41,325 nt of DNA from Hadesarchaea archaeon. Its GTDB lineage: Archaea; Hadarchaeota; Hadarchaeia; Hadarchaeales; Hadarchaeaceae. How positions within the stretch are numbered: position 1 is the stretch's first letter; the number at the start of each line of letters is the position of its first letter. The notes below the pieces were generated by a model, which saw nothing but the letters and a program-made list of their open reading frames with translations, was not told the DNA's origin and searched no databases. Location of the stretch: positions 1 through 41,325 of the forward strand of contig DAOUSU010000001.1 of assembly GCA_030627035.1 (NCBI GenBank). The letters run 5' to 3'. This document shows positions 8,016-17,517 of the stretch, in pieces. Both the position numbers and the translations under genes were made by a program.

Positions 8016-9271
8016 CGTATAAAGTTAGGGACATCAAGCTCGCCCCCAAGGGAAAGCGTATGATCGAATGGGCTGAGCATCACATGCCGGTGCTGATGAC
8101 GATCCGGCGCGAGTTTTCAAGGACCAAACCGCTTAAGGGGTTGACAGTTGGGGCGGCGCTGCATACCGAAATGAAGACCGCGGTGCTTGCCAAAACGCTT
8201 GCTGCTGCAGGCGCAAGGGTTGCGATCACTGGCTGTAACCCTCTTTCGACGCGCGATGAGGTGGCAGCGGCCCTCGCCAGGGAAGGCATCAACGTCTACG
8301 CGTGGCGCGGGGAAACGACGAGGGAATATTATGCAAATCTCAACCGCGTGCTCGATTATGAACCGGACATTTTGGTCGATGACGGCGCCGACCTCATCTC
8401 ATTGGTTCACATCAAACGCCGAGGGCTCGTAAATCGCATTCGGGGCGCGTCAGAGGAGACCACCACGGGCATCAATCGTTTGCGGACAATGGCGAGTCGG
8501 GGAGAACTCAAGTTCCCCGTCATGGCCGTCAACGATTCACCAACCAAGCGCCTCTTCGACAACCGATTCGGCACGGCGGAGTCAACGCTTCAGGCGATAA
8601 TGGGGATCACCAACACGTTGATCGCCGGCAAAAATGTCGTTGTCGTTGGTTATGGTTTTGTTGGGCGAGGTATTACTTCCCGTGCGAAAGGATTAGGAGC
8701 AATTGTGACCGTAGTTGAAATCGACCCAATTAACGCACTCGAGGCGGCGATGGACGGCTTCAGGGTTGCGCGAATGGCAGAGGCTGCACGCATCGGTGAC
8801 ATCTTCATAACGACGACGGGGAACCTGAAGGTCATTCGCAAAGAGCATATGCGTTTGATGAAAGATGGCGCGATCCTGTGCAACGCGGGGCATTTTAACG
8901 TTGAGATAGATATTCCAGCGCTTGTGAAGCTCGCCGTGAAAAGGCGCGAAGTGTTGGAAGATGTTAACGAGTTTCAGCTCAGGGACGGGCGGCGACTTTA
9001 CCTGCTTGCTGAGGGGCGTCTCGTGAACCTCGCTGGGATGCGCTCGCTCGGGCACCCGATGGAGATAATGGATATGAGTTTCGCGCTCCAGGCGCTGAGC
9101 ACAGCCTACCTCGCGAAGCATGGCAGGGGGCTCGAGCCAAGGGTCCACGATGTGCCGACCGAGATAGATCGAAAGGTGGCTGAGCTGAAGTTGCGCTCAC
9201 TCGGCATCAAGTTGGAGAAGCCCACCGTAGAGCAGTGTAAATACTTGAGATCATGGCAAATCGGGACTTGA
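8012..9271 (+). CDS. ahcY: Adenosylhomocysteinase family (S-adenosyl- or S-inosyl-L-homocysteine hydrolase)
   Basis: MTYKVRDIKLAPKGKRMIEWAEHHMPVL and the NAD-binding VVVVGYGFVGRG. The ATG at 8012 overlaps the mtaD TGA (ATGA), with GGAGG 8 nt upstream. The track start at 7997 is less likely. Confidence 0.9.
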   Translation: MTYKVRDIKLAPKGKRMIEWAEHHMPVLMTIRREFSRTKPLKGLTVGAALHTEMKTAVLAKTLAAAGARVAITGCNPLSTRDEVAAALAREGINVYAWRGETTREYYANLNRVLDYEPDILVDDGADLISLVHIKRRGLVNRIRGASEETTTGINRLRTMASRGELKFPVMAVNDSPTKRLFDNRFGTAESTLQAIMGITNTLIAGKNVVVVGYGFVGRGITSRAKGLGAIVTVVEIDPINALEAAMDGFRVARMAEAARIGDIFITTTGNLKVIRKEHMRLMKDGAILCNAGHFNVEIDIPALVKLAVKRREVLEDVNEFQLRDGRRLYLLAEGRLVNLAGMRSLGHPMEIMDMSFALQALSTAYLAKHGRGLEPRVHDVPTEIDRKVAELKLRSLGIKLEKPTVEQCKYLRSWQIGT

Positions 9272-9293
9272 GCCCACGAATCTTGGCGATGAG

Positions 9294-10670
9294 ATGAAAC
9301 AAGGATATCTGCCAGATATGCGGACTTTTGTTAGGCTTTCCAAGAGGTACCGTATCGTCCCGGTCAGAAGGAGGGTTAAGGTAAAGCGCGACCCGATTTA
9401 TGCCCTCTCCTCATTAAAGGGTCCGTCATTTGCGTTCGAGAGGGGAGACATTTCAATTTTTGGCCAAGCTAGTGAGGCGATGACCTTCGGAAGACATGAC
9501 AAAGAGAATCCTTTTGAAATCATCTCAAAACTTCTGAAGGGCGGGATTGCTCCCGAATCATCTATTCCATTCAGTGGCGGAGTGGTCGGATACATCGGAT
9601 ACGACTCGGTCAGGCCGATATTTGAGATGGAATGGAAAGATCCAGACCCGGTTTCCCTGCCCCATTCCATTCTCCTCCCAATCGAGAGATTCTACGTTCA
9701 TCGAAAGCGCGTGCTTGAAGCCGTCTATTGTGCGAGGATAGATGACGAGGCCAAAAAGGTATATCGCCGCGCAATTGAGGAGGTGGATTCCATGTCGCGA
9801 CTCCCCGCGCAAGAAAGTCCCCAAAGGTCCAGTTTGACGGATGTGCGTGTAAACGTGCCAAAGAGAGAATACATGAAGATGGTAGAGGAGGTAAAGAATC
9901 GCATTTCTGGAGGGGGGGTTAGCCAAGTGATAACCTCTAGAAAAATCTCGTGCAGGGCAGGTGACGCGCTTACAACTTATCTCAAACTCAGAAGTCTGAA
10001 CCCCTGTTTTTACATGTTCTACCTTCACGTGGACGATAAGGCAGTTCTTGGTTCATCTCCAGAGAACTTCTTGACGATAAGAGGAGGCGTTGCAGAGAGC
10101 TGCCCGGTCGCTTCAACAAGGCAGAGGGGCAAGAACCCTGCGGAAGATAGAGGGCTAGAACTCGAACTAATGAAAAGCCCGAAGGAGAGGGATGAACACG
10201 CGATGTTGTTCGAGGCGTGCGTCAGGGAGTTTGAAACGGCGTGTAGCGATGTCAGGGTAAGGGAAAAAATGAAAATCGAAAAATTCCCGTTCTTCATGCA
10301 TCTGGTCTCAAAGATATGCGGGAGAGCCCAAGACCCATTCAAGCTATTGATGACCTCGTTCCCATCGGTAACCATCACTGGCGTCCCAAAGAAAAGAGCC
10401 ATGAAGGTGATAGATGAGATAGAGCCGGACGCTAGGGGCCCCTACTGTGGCTCTTTTGGTTATGTGAGCAATTCTGGAAGTTTAGATATGGGCATCATTG
10501 TGAGGTCGATATTGATCAAAAGGGGACGGGCATTCGTTCCAGTCGGGGCCGGGATAGTGTCGCAATCCGTGCCGGAGGCGGAGTACTTGGAAACCTTCTA
10601 CAAGGCGCGGCCACAGCTACTGGCGCTGGGGGCGGGACAGACGGACTTGAAATGGTTAGCGGAGCTATAG
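9294..10670 (+). CDS. Chorismate-binding enzyme, divergent TrpE/PabB family
   Basis: 458 aa. SPENFL, PVASTRQRG, FPSVTITGVPKKRAM, RGPYCGSFGY and GAGIVSQSVPEAEYLET. No glutamine amidotransferase partner lies adjacent. Confidence 0.7.
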   Translation: MKQGYLPDMRTFVRLSKRYRIVPVRRRVKVKRDPIYALSSLKGPSFAFERGDISIFGQASEAMTFGRHDKENPFEIISKLLKGGIAPESSIPFSGGVVGYIGYDSVRPIFEMEWKDPDPVSLPHSILLPIERFYVHRKRVLEAVYCARIDDEAKKVYRRAIEEVDSMSRLPAQESPQRSSLTDVRVNVPKREYMKMVEEVKNRISGGGVSQVITSRKISCRAGDALTTYLKLRSLNPCFYMFYLHVDDKAVLGSSPENFLTIRGGVAESCPVASTRQRGKNPAEDRGLELELMKSPKERDEHAMLFEACVREFETACSDVRVREKMKIEKFPFFMHLVSKICGRAQDPFKLLMTSFPSVTITGVPKKRAMKVIDEIEPDARGPYCGSFGYVSNSGSLDMGIIVRSILIKRGRAFVPVGAGIVSQSVPEAEYLETFYKARPQLLALGAGQTDLKWLAEL

Positions 10671-10728
10671 CATTGCATAAAAAAATCTAGGTCTTGACTC
10701 GTGGATACCGAAGTTAAGAGAGGGGTGG

Positions 10729-10763
10729 TTGGGCGCGCCGGGATTCGAACCCGGATCTTCACC
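10729..10763 (-). tRNA. Orphan tRNA 3' half (positions 39-73) with no 5' half in cis
   Basis: Minus strand reads AGGTG AAGAT CCGGG TTCGAAT CCCGG CGCGCCC A. This gives a perfect T-arm plus 7-nt acceptor strand plus discriminator. The complementary GGGCGCG (or G:U variants) is absent from the whole 10671-10902 intergenic region. Confidence 0.55.
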
Positions 10764-10902
10764 TAGCGACCGCATGAGCGACCGTCGGGGTGGTGGGTTA
10801 TCCGTTACCTTTTTTTTCTTTCCCTCCCACCGGGTCTTTAGGTGGAAGTCAAAGGAGCAAATTTGTTTGTGGACCGGGGTTGAAAATAGAGAATAATCTT
10901 TT

Positions 10903-12159
10903 CTACGCAGCTGGCCTGAACCTTAGGAGTGCGCCCAATCCCTTGAATGCGATTAAAAGTTGCTTTCCCTCCTCCGTTTCCGTGGAGATAAACTCGACCC
11001 GTGCCCCCGATCGATCCGCAAGCTCCACAATTCCTTGCGCGACGTCTTTGCTCTCAAGAAACGTTAACTTTGGTTCGCCGCATTTGGGACATGCCCTCCC
11101 AGAGAGATTTTTTTTGTATCGTTCGACATCATCCACGGTTTCACGCAGCTCGTGGGCGCAGGCTTGGCATCGGACCACAACCCTGTTCTGACGTAGCCCT
11201 TCTGAAACCAGAAGCAGCTCAGCAGCTCCGAGTTCCAGCGCGCGCCTGACATCTCGCTCGCCGTACGCGACTAGTCCCTTGCCAGCGACGAGCTCTGTCA
11301 TGAAGCGTTGCATCAGCGCTTTTTCTTTTGTGATGTCAAGATCGGCTAAAACCTCGCCTGATTTATTGACGAGTTCTTTGATGCCGTATTCATCGGTGTA
11401 GCCCGTGTCAATCACTGCTGCAATTTTTTTCCTAACCCTCTCGTACAGCAAGTCACTTTTCACAAATTCCTCCTTTGTTGGCCCCGGGCCGCCGATTATG
11501 ATCGTGCGCAGGTCTGGTATTTGCGAAAAAATTTCGTTTGCGGCTCCGGCAATTCTTTTCATGTACTCGTGTGCGGCGATCTCTATCAGGCGCTCGAACC
11601 TCCGCGCAGACTGACCTCCCTTGCCGTGCTTTCCAGGGACGCCAGAGGTCAGCCGTCTCGCGATCTCAATCCGCTTGCCGCGAAGTGTTGCGAGCGTCGC
11701 CTCCCGCCGGTCTAACGTGATAAACCCTATCGTTTCCTTTACCTGAAGCATCCCCCACAAGGGGTCAAGCACAAATTCTTGGTCGCAGCGGTACATCCGG
11801 ACGGTTATCGGCTCAGGTGGTTCGACCCAGTAGAGTCGAATGTTGGAAAAATCCGCGCGCCCGGCGACGTTTCCACAAAAAATTGCCATGCCATTTTTTG
11901 GCGGGGTTTTGTGTTTGGCAGTATATGTACGGAGGAACTGAATAACCCGCTCAAGTGCCCCAAGCACGTTTTTTCGCGTTGTTTTCGATTTTATGTTCGA
12001 TGCCGTGCCCTGCTCGTCGCGCAATTGCTGTGTCACCTTGGAAAGCGCGAAATCTGGGGTAATGTAGACCGAGATCAGCTCAGTACCTCGACCTCGTTTG
12101 CTTGCGAGATCTTCGAGCATCCGTCTGAACTGATAGCGCGCCTTGCTATCGACCTTCAT
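10903..12159 (-). CDS. prf1: Peptide chain release factor aRF1
   Basis: 418 aa. NIKS (TASNIKSKT) and GGQ (KGGQSARRF) motifs. Confidence 0.93.
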   Translation of the reverse strand: MKVDSKARYQFRRMLEDLASKRGRGTELISVYITPDFALSKVTQQLRDEQGTASNIKSKTTRKNVLGALERVIQFLRTYTAKHKTPPKNGMAIFCGNVAGRADFSNIRLYWVEPPEPITVRMYRCDQEFVLDPLWGMLQVKETIGFITLDRREATLATLRGKRIEIARRLTSGVPGKHGKGGQSARRFERLIEIAAHEYMKRIAGAANEIFSQIPDLRTIIIGGPGPTKEEFVKSDLLYERVRKKIAAVIDTGYTDEYGIKELVNKSGEVLADLDITKEKALMQRFMTELVAGKGLVAYGERDVRRALELGAAELLLVSEGLRQNRVVVRCQACAHELRETVDDVERYKKNLSGRACPKCGEPKLTFLESKDVAQGIVELADRSGARVEFISTETEEGKQLLIAFKGLGALLRFRPAA

Positions 12160-12229
12160 TTACGCCACCATCAGAATGTTTGACCGCGAGTGTTAATAAC
12201 ATGCTGCCGAATCTTACATTGGCGATCGA

Positions 12230-12916
12230 GTGCGCGTAACGATTTGCTTTGGAGGCTCGATTCTTGCGCCGGATGGGCCCGATATCGACTGTATTCGAGA
12301 AATTGCCCAAGCGCTTCGCGCACTCAAGTCGCGAGGGCATGAGGTACTCGTCATAGTTGGAGGTGGGAAGCCATCGCGCAGATACATCGAGGCGGCACGG
12401 AAGTTCAAGGCATCAAACACTCGCTGCGATCTCATCGGCATAAATGTGACGCGCATGAATGCCCATCTGCTGATAGCTGCTTTGGGCAACCTCGCGGAAC
12501 AGGAGCCAGTCTTTACGTTTGAGAAAGCGATCAGGGCGATGTTACGGGACAAGATACCTGTCATGGGAGGCACCACGCCAGGGCATACCACCGATGCGGT
12601 CGCGGCCATGTTGGCGAGTTCGAGCAAATCCGAGCTGCTTGTATTTTTTACCGATGTGGATGGAGTTTACACCTCAGATCCAAAACTCGATCGCAAAGCG
12701 AAGAAGTTTGAAACGATGACATCGCATGAGCTCGTGAACTTGGTGGCCGGGCAAAGGGTCGAACCGGGGATGAACATCATTATAGATCCAATAGGGGTGA
12801 GATTGATCGAGCGAGCACGAATTCGGACGCTTGTGCTCGGCAGGCATGAGATAAGCCGCTTGGCGGATATTTTAAAGGGCGCGAAACATAGTGGCACAAC
12901 AATTACGCCTGGATGA
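12230..12916 (+). CDS. pyrH: Uridylate (UMP) kinase, archaeal type
   Basis: 228 aa. ICFGGSIL, VLVIVGGG and PVMGGTTPGHTTDAVAA. Confidence 0.88.
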   Translation: MRVTICFGGSILAPDGPDIDCIREIAQALRALKSRGHEVLVIVGGGKPSRRYIEAARKFKASNTRCDLIGINVTRMNAHLLIAALGNLAEQEPVFTFEKAIRAMLRDKIPVMGGTTPGHTTDAVAAMLASSSKSELLVFFTDVDGVYTSDPKLDRKAKKFETMTSHELVNLVAGQRVEPGMNIIIDPIGVRLIERARIRTLVLGRHEISRLADILKGAKHSGTTITPG

Positions 12917-12920
12917 TAAA

Positions 12921-13115
12921 ATGCCCGAGGAGCATAGGCACTGCATCGTGTGCGGGAAAGTTGTTGACCCTGAAAAGTTCTTCTGCTCACCGGCTTGCGA
13001 GAACACCTATAAACAACAACAGAAACGCATGTCCCGCATGAGGCTCATCATGATGGTGATCTTGGTCGTGATGGTCATGGTGGTTCTAGTCTTGTCTGCG
13101 TTCAAGGGCTCATGA
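12921..13115 (+). CDS. Zn-ribbon protein with C-terminal TM helix (DUF2116-like)
   Basis: MPEEHRHCIVCGKVVDPEKFFCSPACENTY followed by a hydrophobic tail LIMMVILVVMVMVVLVL. The internal ATG at 12921 avoids overlap with pyrH. Its 3' end overlaps the valS 3' end by 6 nt. Confidence 0.55.
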   Translation: MPEEHRHCIVCGKVVDPEKFFCSPACENTYKQQQKRMSRMRLIMMVILVVMVMVVLVLSAFKGS

Positions 13116-15785
13116 GGATGTTATCAAAAGTGTGATCGCCGGTTCTGAGATATCGATGGCCTCGACCTTACGCCCAGCGCTCACGGTTTCCTTTATCACC
13201 TTCACCTCATCCGGTGCAACCTCGAACTTTTTCCCGCCCGCAATGAGTTTGATATTTCCCTTGGCGAGCTGTTCGGCTAGCTTTTTGGTGTCGGCATCGC
13301 GCAGGGCCCGCACGACGAGCTTTGCATCTCCCCGCAGGCGTGGCCCCAGCTTTGCCAGCTCAGGCTTGACCGCCAACACCCGCTCAGCCAACTTTGGCTT
13401 ACCGACGGTGATCCCGATTTTATTAACCCGCATGGTGCCAGCGATATCATTGCTTGCTCGCCTGAGTTGATCTGCAACCCCCTTATTTGAAGCGTAAATC
13501 TCGATGGAAGGCAGTTCTTTGCTGAGGGGCATCCCCCGCCCCGATTTAAACTGCCGTAATGCGCTTATGATCAAGTTCGCGATCTGCCCAGCTTGCTCGG
13601 CAGCATCATCGATGAGCCTCTCGTCCGCCTCGGGCCAACCTGCGGTATGGACGCTTGGATAGGGATAGTCGGCAGCAAAGTGGGATTGGTAGACCTCTTC
13701 GGCAAAGTGGGGCGTGAAGGGAGCCAGCAACTTCACAGCGGTAAGGGTCACGTTGTAAAGTACATATCTCGCGGCGTCCGCGGTCTGGTCGTCACCGTAT
13801 AGGCGATGCTTGACTTCCTCCAAGTACATGTCGCAGAACTCGTGCCACACGAAGGTTTGAATTGCGCTCAGCGCGCGGTTGAACTGGAAGTCCTCGAGCC
13901 AATCGGTGACCTGTTTGACGAGGCGGTTCAGACGGCTAAGGATCCACCTATCGGAGGGCCTAAATTTCAATTTGCTTACCTTGAGCTTCGAGATTTTGAA
14001 GTTCAAGTTAGGAGTAGCAAAGCGCACGGCGTTCCAGAACTTGCGCATGAAGCGGGAGCCGAAGTCGACATCTTTCCAGCTGAACGGGATATCTGAGCCG
14101 GTGGACGCCCCGATTGCAGCCCATTGGCGGAGCGCGTCGGCGCCGTATTTCCTCCGGGCGGAACCCGTGTCGACGTAGTTGCCAAGGGATTTCGACATCT
14201 TTCGCCCACCCTCGCCGAATACCATCCCGTTGATGAGCACCGTGCGATAGGGCACCTCGCCGAGCAGGGCAAGGTGGTGGACGAGCAAATAATAATCCCA
14301 GGTCCGGATGATGTCCGTGCCATTTGGCTGGAGGTCGGCGGGGAACAGGCGGCGGTCCAGTTCTGGCCAGCCGGCGTGGGCGGCGATCGTTATCGAGCTG
14401 TCCATCCATGTGTCGAGCACGTCTCGCTCCGGCTCAAAATTTGTGTTGCCGCACGCTGGGCATCGCTCAACTGGTGGCTTGTCCTCATTTGGGTTCACTG
14501 GTAGCTGGTGTTCCTCCGCGACCACCGGCTTCCTACATTTGGAGCAGTACCAAGCTGGGATTGGCGTAGCGAAGAGCCGCTGTCTCGAAATCACCCAATC
14601 CCAGTCCATCGACTCCGCCCAGTCCAAGAGGCGGGTCCGCATGTGTTCGGGAACCCAGCGAACTCGTTTTGCTCCATCGATCACCTTGTCCTTCAGATCC
14701 AACACGCGCATGAACCACTGCGGCTTCGTCAGAATTTCCACCGGTGTTTTGCATCGCCAGCACACACCCACGCTTTGCTCGAGCTTTTCCTGATTGGCCA
14801 GCAGGTTTGCCTTTTTTAGGTCCTCAACGATTCTTTGCTTGCATTCCTCAAGTGTCAATCTGGCATACTCGCCAGCGGAATCAATCATTCTTCCCCGTTC
14901 GTCGATGAGCTTCACGACTGGTAGCTTGTAGCGCTTCACCCATCGCACATCTGTTTTGTCACCATATGTGCAGACCATAACCACCCCAGTGCCGAACTCT
15001 GGATCGACCTCGTGATCGGCTATGATATCTACGATTTGTCCGAACGGTGGCACCTCAACCTTCTTGCCAACATAACCCGCGTAGCGCTTGTCCCCGGGAT
15101 GAACTGCCACGACCACGCACGCTGGCAAAAATTCTGGACGCGTCGTCGCGATGGTTAAATAATCGTTCTCGCCGTGCACTTTGAATTTGATGTAATTGAG
15201 TGTTGTCTCTCTCTCCTCGTACTCGACCTCGGCATCGGCTATCGCGGTCTCACAGCGAGGGCACCAGTTGACGGGATGCTCCCCCCTGTAGATCATTCCC
15301 TTCTTGTAAAGCTGCACGAAGGAGAGTTGCGTCTTTTTGAAATAGCTTGGATCCATCGTTCGGTACTCGGTCGACCAGTCGATGGAAAATCCCAGCGAGG
15401 TCATCTCCTCGCGCATGTGTCTGATATTTTCATCGGTTAGTTTGACACAAAGCTCGCGGAATTTTTCCGGCGGGAGGTCGCCCTTGCGGATTCCATAGCG
15501 TTTTTCTACCTGGACCTCGGTCGGCAGACCATGACAATCCCAGCCCTGAGGGAATAACACGTTGAAGCCGCGCATTCGCTTGTAGCGGGCGACGATATCG
15601 AAGTAGGTCCAGTTCAGCGCCGTGCCGATGTGAAACTCCCCGGAAGGATATGGGGGAGGGGTATCGATCACATAGGTGGGTTTCTTCCTGTCCCTGCGAT
15701 CGAAGCGATAGATGCCTAACTCCTCCCATCGCCTCTGCCACTTGGGCTCGACCTTGAGCGGCTCATAATCCTTTGAAACCTTCAC
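13110..15785 (-). CDS. valS: Valyl-tRNA synthetase
   Basis: 891 aa. YVIDTPPPYPSGEFHIGTALNW...GWDCHGLPTE and KMSKSLGNYV. The HIGH motif reads HIGT (15621-15632). Confidence 0.88.
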   Translation of the reverse strand: MKVSKDYEPLKVEPKWQRRWEELGIYRFDRRDRKKPTYVIDTPPPYPSGEFHIGTALNWTYFDIVARYKRMRGFNVLFPQGWDCHGLPTEVQVEKRYGIRKGDLPPEKFRELCVKLTDENIRHMREEMTSLGFSIDWSTEYRTMDPSYFKKTQLSFVQLYKKGMIYRGEHPVNWCPRCETAIADAEVEYEERETTLNYIKFKVHGENDYLTIATTRPEFLPACVVVAVHPGDKRYAGYVGKKVEVPPFGQIVDIIADHEVDPEFGTGVVMVCTYGDKTDVRWVKRYKLPVVKLIDERGRMIDSAGEYARLTLEECKQRIVEDLKKANLLANQEKLEQSVGVCWRCKTPVEILTKPQWFMRVLDLKDKVIDGAKRVRWVPEHMRTRLLDWAESMDWDWVISRQRLFATPIPAWYCSKCRKPVVAEEHQLPVNPNEDKPPVERCPACGNTNFEPERDVLDTWMDSSITIAAHAGWPELDRRLFPADLQPNGTDIIRTWDYYLLVHHLALLGEVPYRTVLINGMVFGEGGRKMSKSLGNYVDTGSARRKYGADALRQWAAIGASTGSDIPFSWKDVDFGSRFMRKFWNAVRFATPNLNFKISKLKVSKLKFRPSDRWILSRLNRLVKQVTDWLEDFQFNRALSAIQTFVWHEFCDMYLEEVKHRLYGDDQTADAARYVLYNVTLTAVKLLAPFTPHFAEEVYQSHFAADYPYPSVHTAGWPEADERLIDDAAEQAGQIANLIISALRQFKSGRGMPLSKELPSIEIYASNKGVADQLRRASNDIAGTMRVNKIGITVGKPKLAERVLAVKPELAKLGPRLRGDAKLVVRALRDADTKKLAEQLAKGNIKLIAGGKKFEVAPDEVKVIKETVSAGRKVEAIDISEPAITLLITSS

Positions 15786-15907
15786 TTGGCGCCTCCTTTG
15801 GTTTTTCTTGATAGCCTCATCAAAATCTGAGTTGAATGATATAAAGCGCTTCGGCTGTTCAGCCCCAAACGATGTGCTCCGGGAGGTAGTCGTACAAAAC
15901 CTCTAAG

Positions 15908-16456
15908 CTACTGCTTCTTTTTTGCTTCTTCTATTTTTCTCACATATTTTTCGCTGTCTTCCTTTACCCAGTCCACAACGTTGATCCGCGCTATGCTCCC
16001 GTCGGATCTTCTGAGCACGACTTCTTTGATCCCAGCGTTAATTAACGCCCTTTTGCACCGGTCACAAGGTTTCGCCTCGGTCGGGGACCCATCTTTGTAA
16101 TTCAGACCGAAGAGATAGAGGGTGCCCCCGAGAACGCTGGCTCCATGCCTTGCGGCGTTGATCACGCAATTTTCTTCTGCGTGAACCCCCGGACAGAAAT
16201 CATAGCCCGAGTAATGGGGAAGGTTGAGCTCGTCCTTCAAACATCCGACCTCGAAGCAGTTGATTACCCCCCGGGCCGGCCCGTTGTACCCAGAGCTTAC
16301 CACGACATCGTTGCGAACCACAATCGCTCCAAACTTTCTCCTCAAACATGGGGATCGGAGACACACGGCTTTTGCGATCTCCAAATAGTATTCATCCTTG
16401 CTGGGCCTTGAGTTCGCTTTCATGTCCCTCAACTTTCCATAATTGAAGGCGTACAC
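15908..16456 (-). CDS. dCMP (deoxycytidylate) deaminase
   Basis: 182 aa. HAEENCV and PCDRCKRALI zinc motifs of the cytidine/dCMP deaminase fold. Confidence 0.85.
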   Translation of the reverse strand: MYAFNYGKLRDMKANSRPSKDEYYLEIAKAVCLRSPCLRRKFGAIVVRNDVVVSSGYNGPARGVINCFEVGCLKDELNLPHYSGYDFCPGVHAEENCVINAARHGASVLGGTLYLFGLNYKDGSPTEAKPCDRCKRALINAGIKEVVLRRSDGSIARINVVDWVKEDSEKYVRKIEEAKKKQ

Positions 16457-16488
16457 TTGTAAAAACTTTCCCCTCTAAAGCGAAGCGG

Positions 16489-17517
16489 TTACCCGAAGAA
16501 CACGCTTGCCATTTCATAGAGTCGGGGGTCTACCAGCTTCGGCTTACCAACGGCTTCCTTGAGCAGAACTGAAACTATCTCGTTTCCTCGAAGCGCAACC
16601 ATCCGCCCGAATTTTCCCTCTTTGACGAGATCGATTGCAGCTATCCCAAGCCTCGTGGCGAGAATACGATCGAATGCGGTCGGGGAACCGCCCCGCTGCA
16701 CATGCCCCAGCACCACGACCCTCGTTTCGAGACCCGTTCGCCTCTCGATTTCTTTTCCAAGAAAATAGCCAATGCCCCCCAACCTCACGTGCCCGAACTC
16801 ATCGACTCCCGTCCCGTAAACCACCTCCTCGCCTCCCTTTGGCTTTGCCCCCTCCGCGACGACGACGATGCTGAAATTTTTCCCCCTCATTTTTCGTCTT
16901 TTGATGTATCCGCAGATCTCCTCGATATCGAACGCTATTTCGGGTATTAGGATGCAATCAGCCCCACCCGCAAGTCCGGCCTCTAGGGCGATCCAGCCCG
17001 CATGCCGCCCCATCACCTCGATTATCATCGCGCGGTGGTGCGCTTCGGCAGTCGTGTGGACCCTGTCCAGAGCCTCGGTGGCTATAGATACCGCCGTGTT
17101 GAAGCCGAAAGTGTAGTCGGTGCACGCCAAGTCGTTGTCGATGGTCTTCGGGACGCCGACGCAGGGAAGGCCCATCTCATAAAGTTTTTGAGCCACCCCG
17201 AGCGTGTCGTCACCTCCTATCGCTATGAGCGCATCGATGCCGAGCTTTCTGATGTTGCCCAAAATCAGCTCGGGCCCCCCCTCGCGCTTAAATGGGTTCG
17301 TCCTTGAGGTCCCCAAGATCGAGCCGCCACGTGGGAGTATCCCGGAAACCGCATCCCGATCCAGGGAGACGACCTCACCCTCCAGCAGCCCACGCCAGCC
17401 ATCTTTGATGCCGATCACCTCGTAACCATAACGATCGATAGCCTTACGTACCACCGCTCTGATCACTGCGTTTATCCCCGGGGCGTCGCCTCCCCCGCTC
17501 AGGATTCCAACTTTCAT
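16489..17517 (-). CDS. pfp: 6-phosphofructokinase, PfkA family, predicted PPi-dependent
   Basis: 342 aa. GGDDT (Asp at the E. coli Gly104 position) and PKTIDND (Lys at the Gly124 position) form the PPi-specificity signature. Confidence 0.85.
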   Translation of the reverse strand: MKVGILSGGGDAPGINAVIRAVVRKAIDRYGYEVIGIKDGWRGLLEGEVVSLDRDAVSGILPRGGSILGTSRTNPFKREGGPELILGNIRKLGIDALIAIGGDDTLGVAQKLYEMGLPCVGVPKTIDNDLACTDYTFGFNTAVSIATEALDRVHTTAEAHHRAMIIEVMGRHAGWIALEAGLAGGADCILIPEIAFDIEEICGYIKRRKMRGKNFSIVVVAEGAKPKGGEEVVYGTGVDEFGHVRLGGIGYFLGKEIERRTGLETRVVVLGHVQRGGSPTAFDRILATRLGIAAIDLVKEGKFGRMVALRGNEIVSVLLKEAVGKPKLVDPRLYEMASVFFG

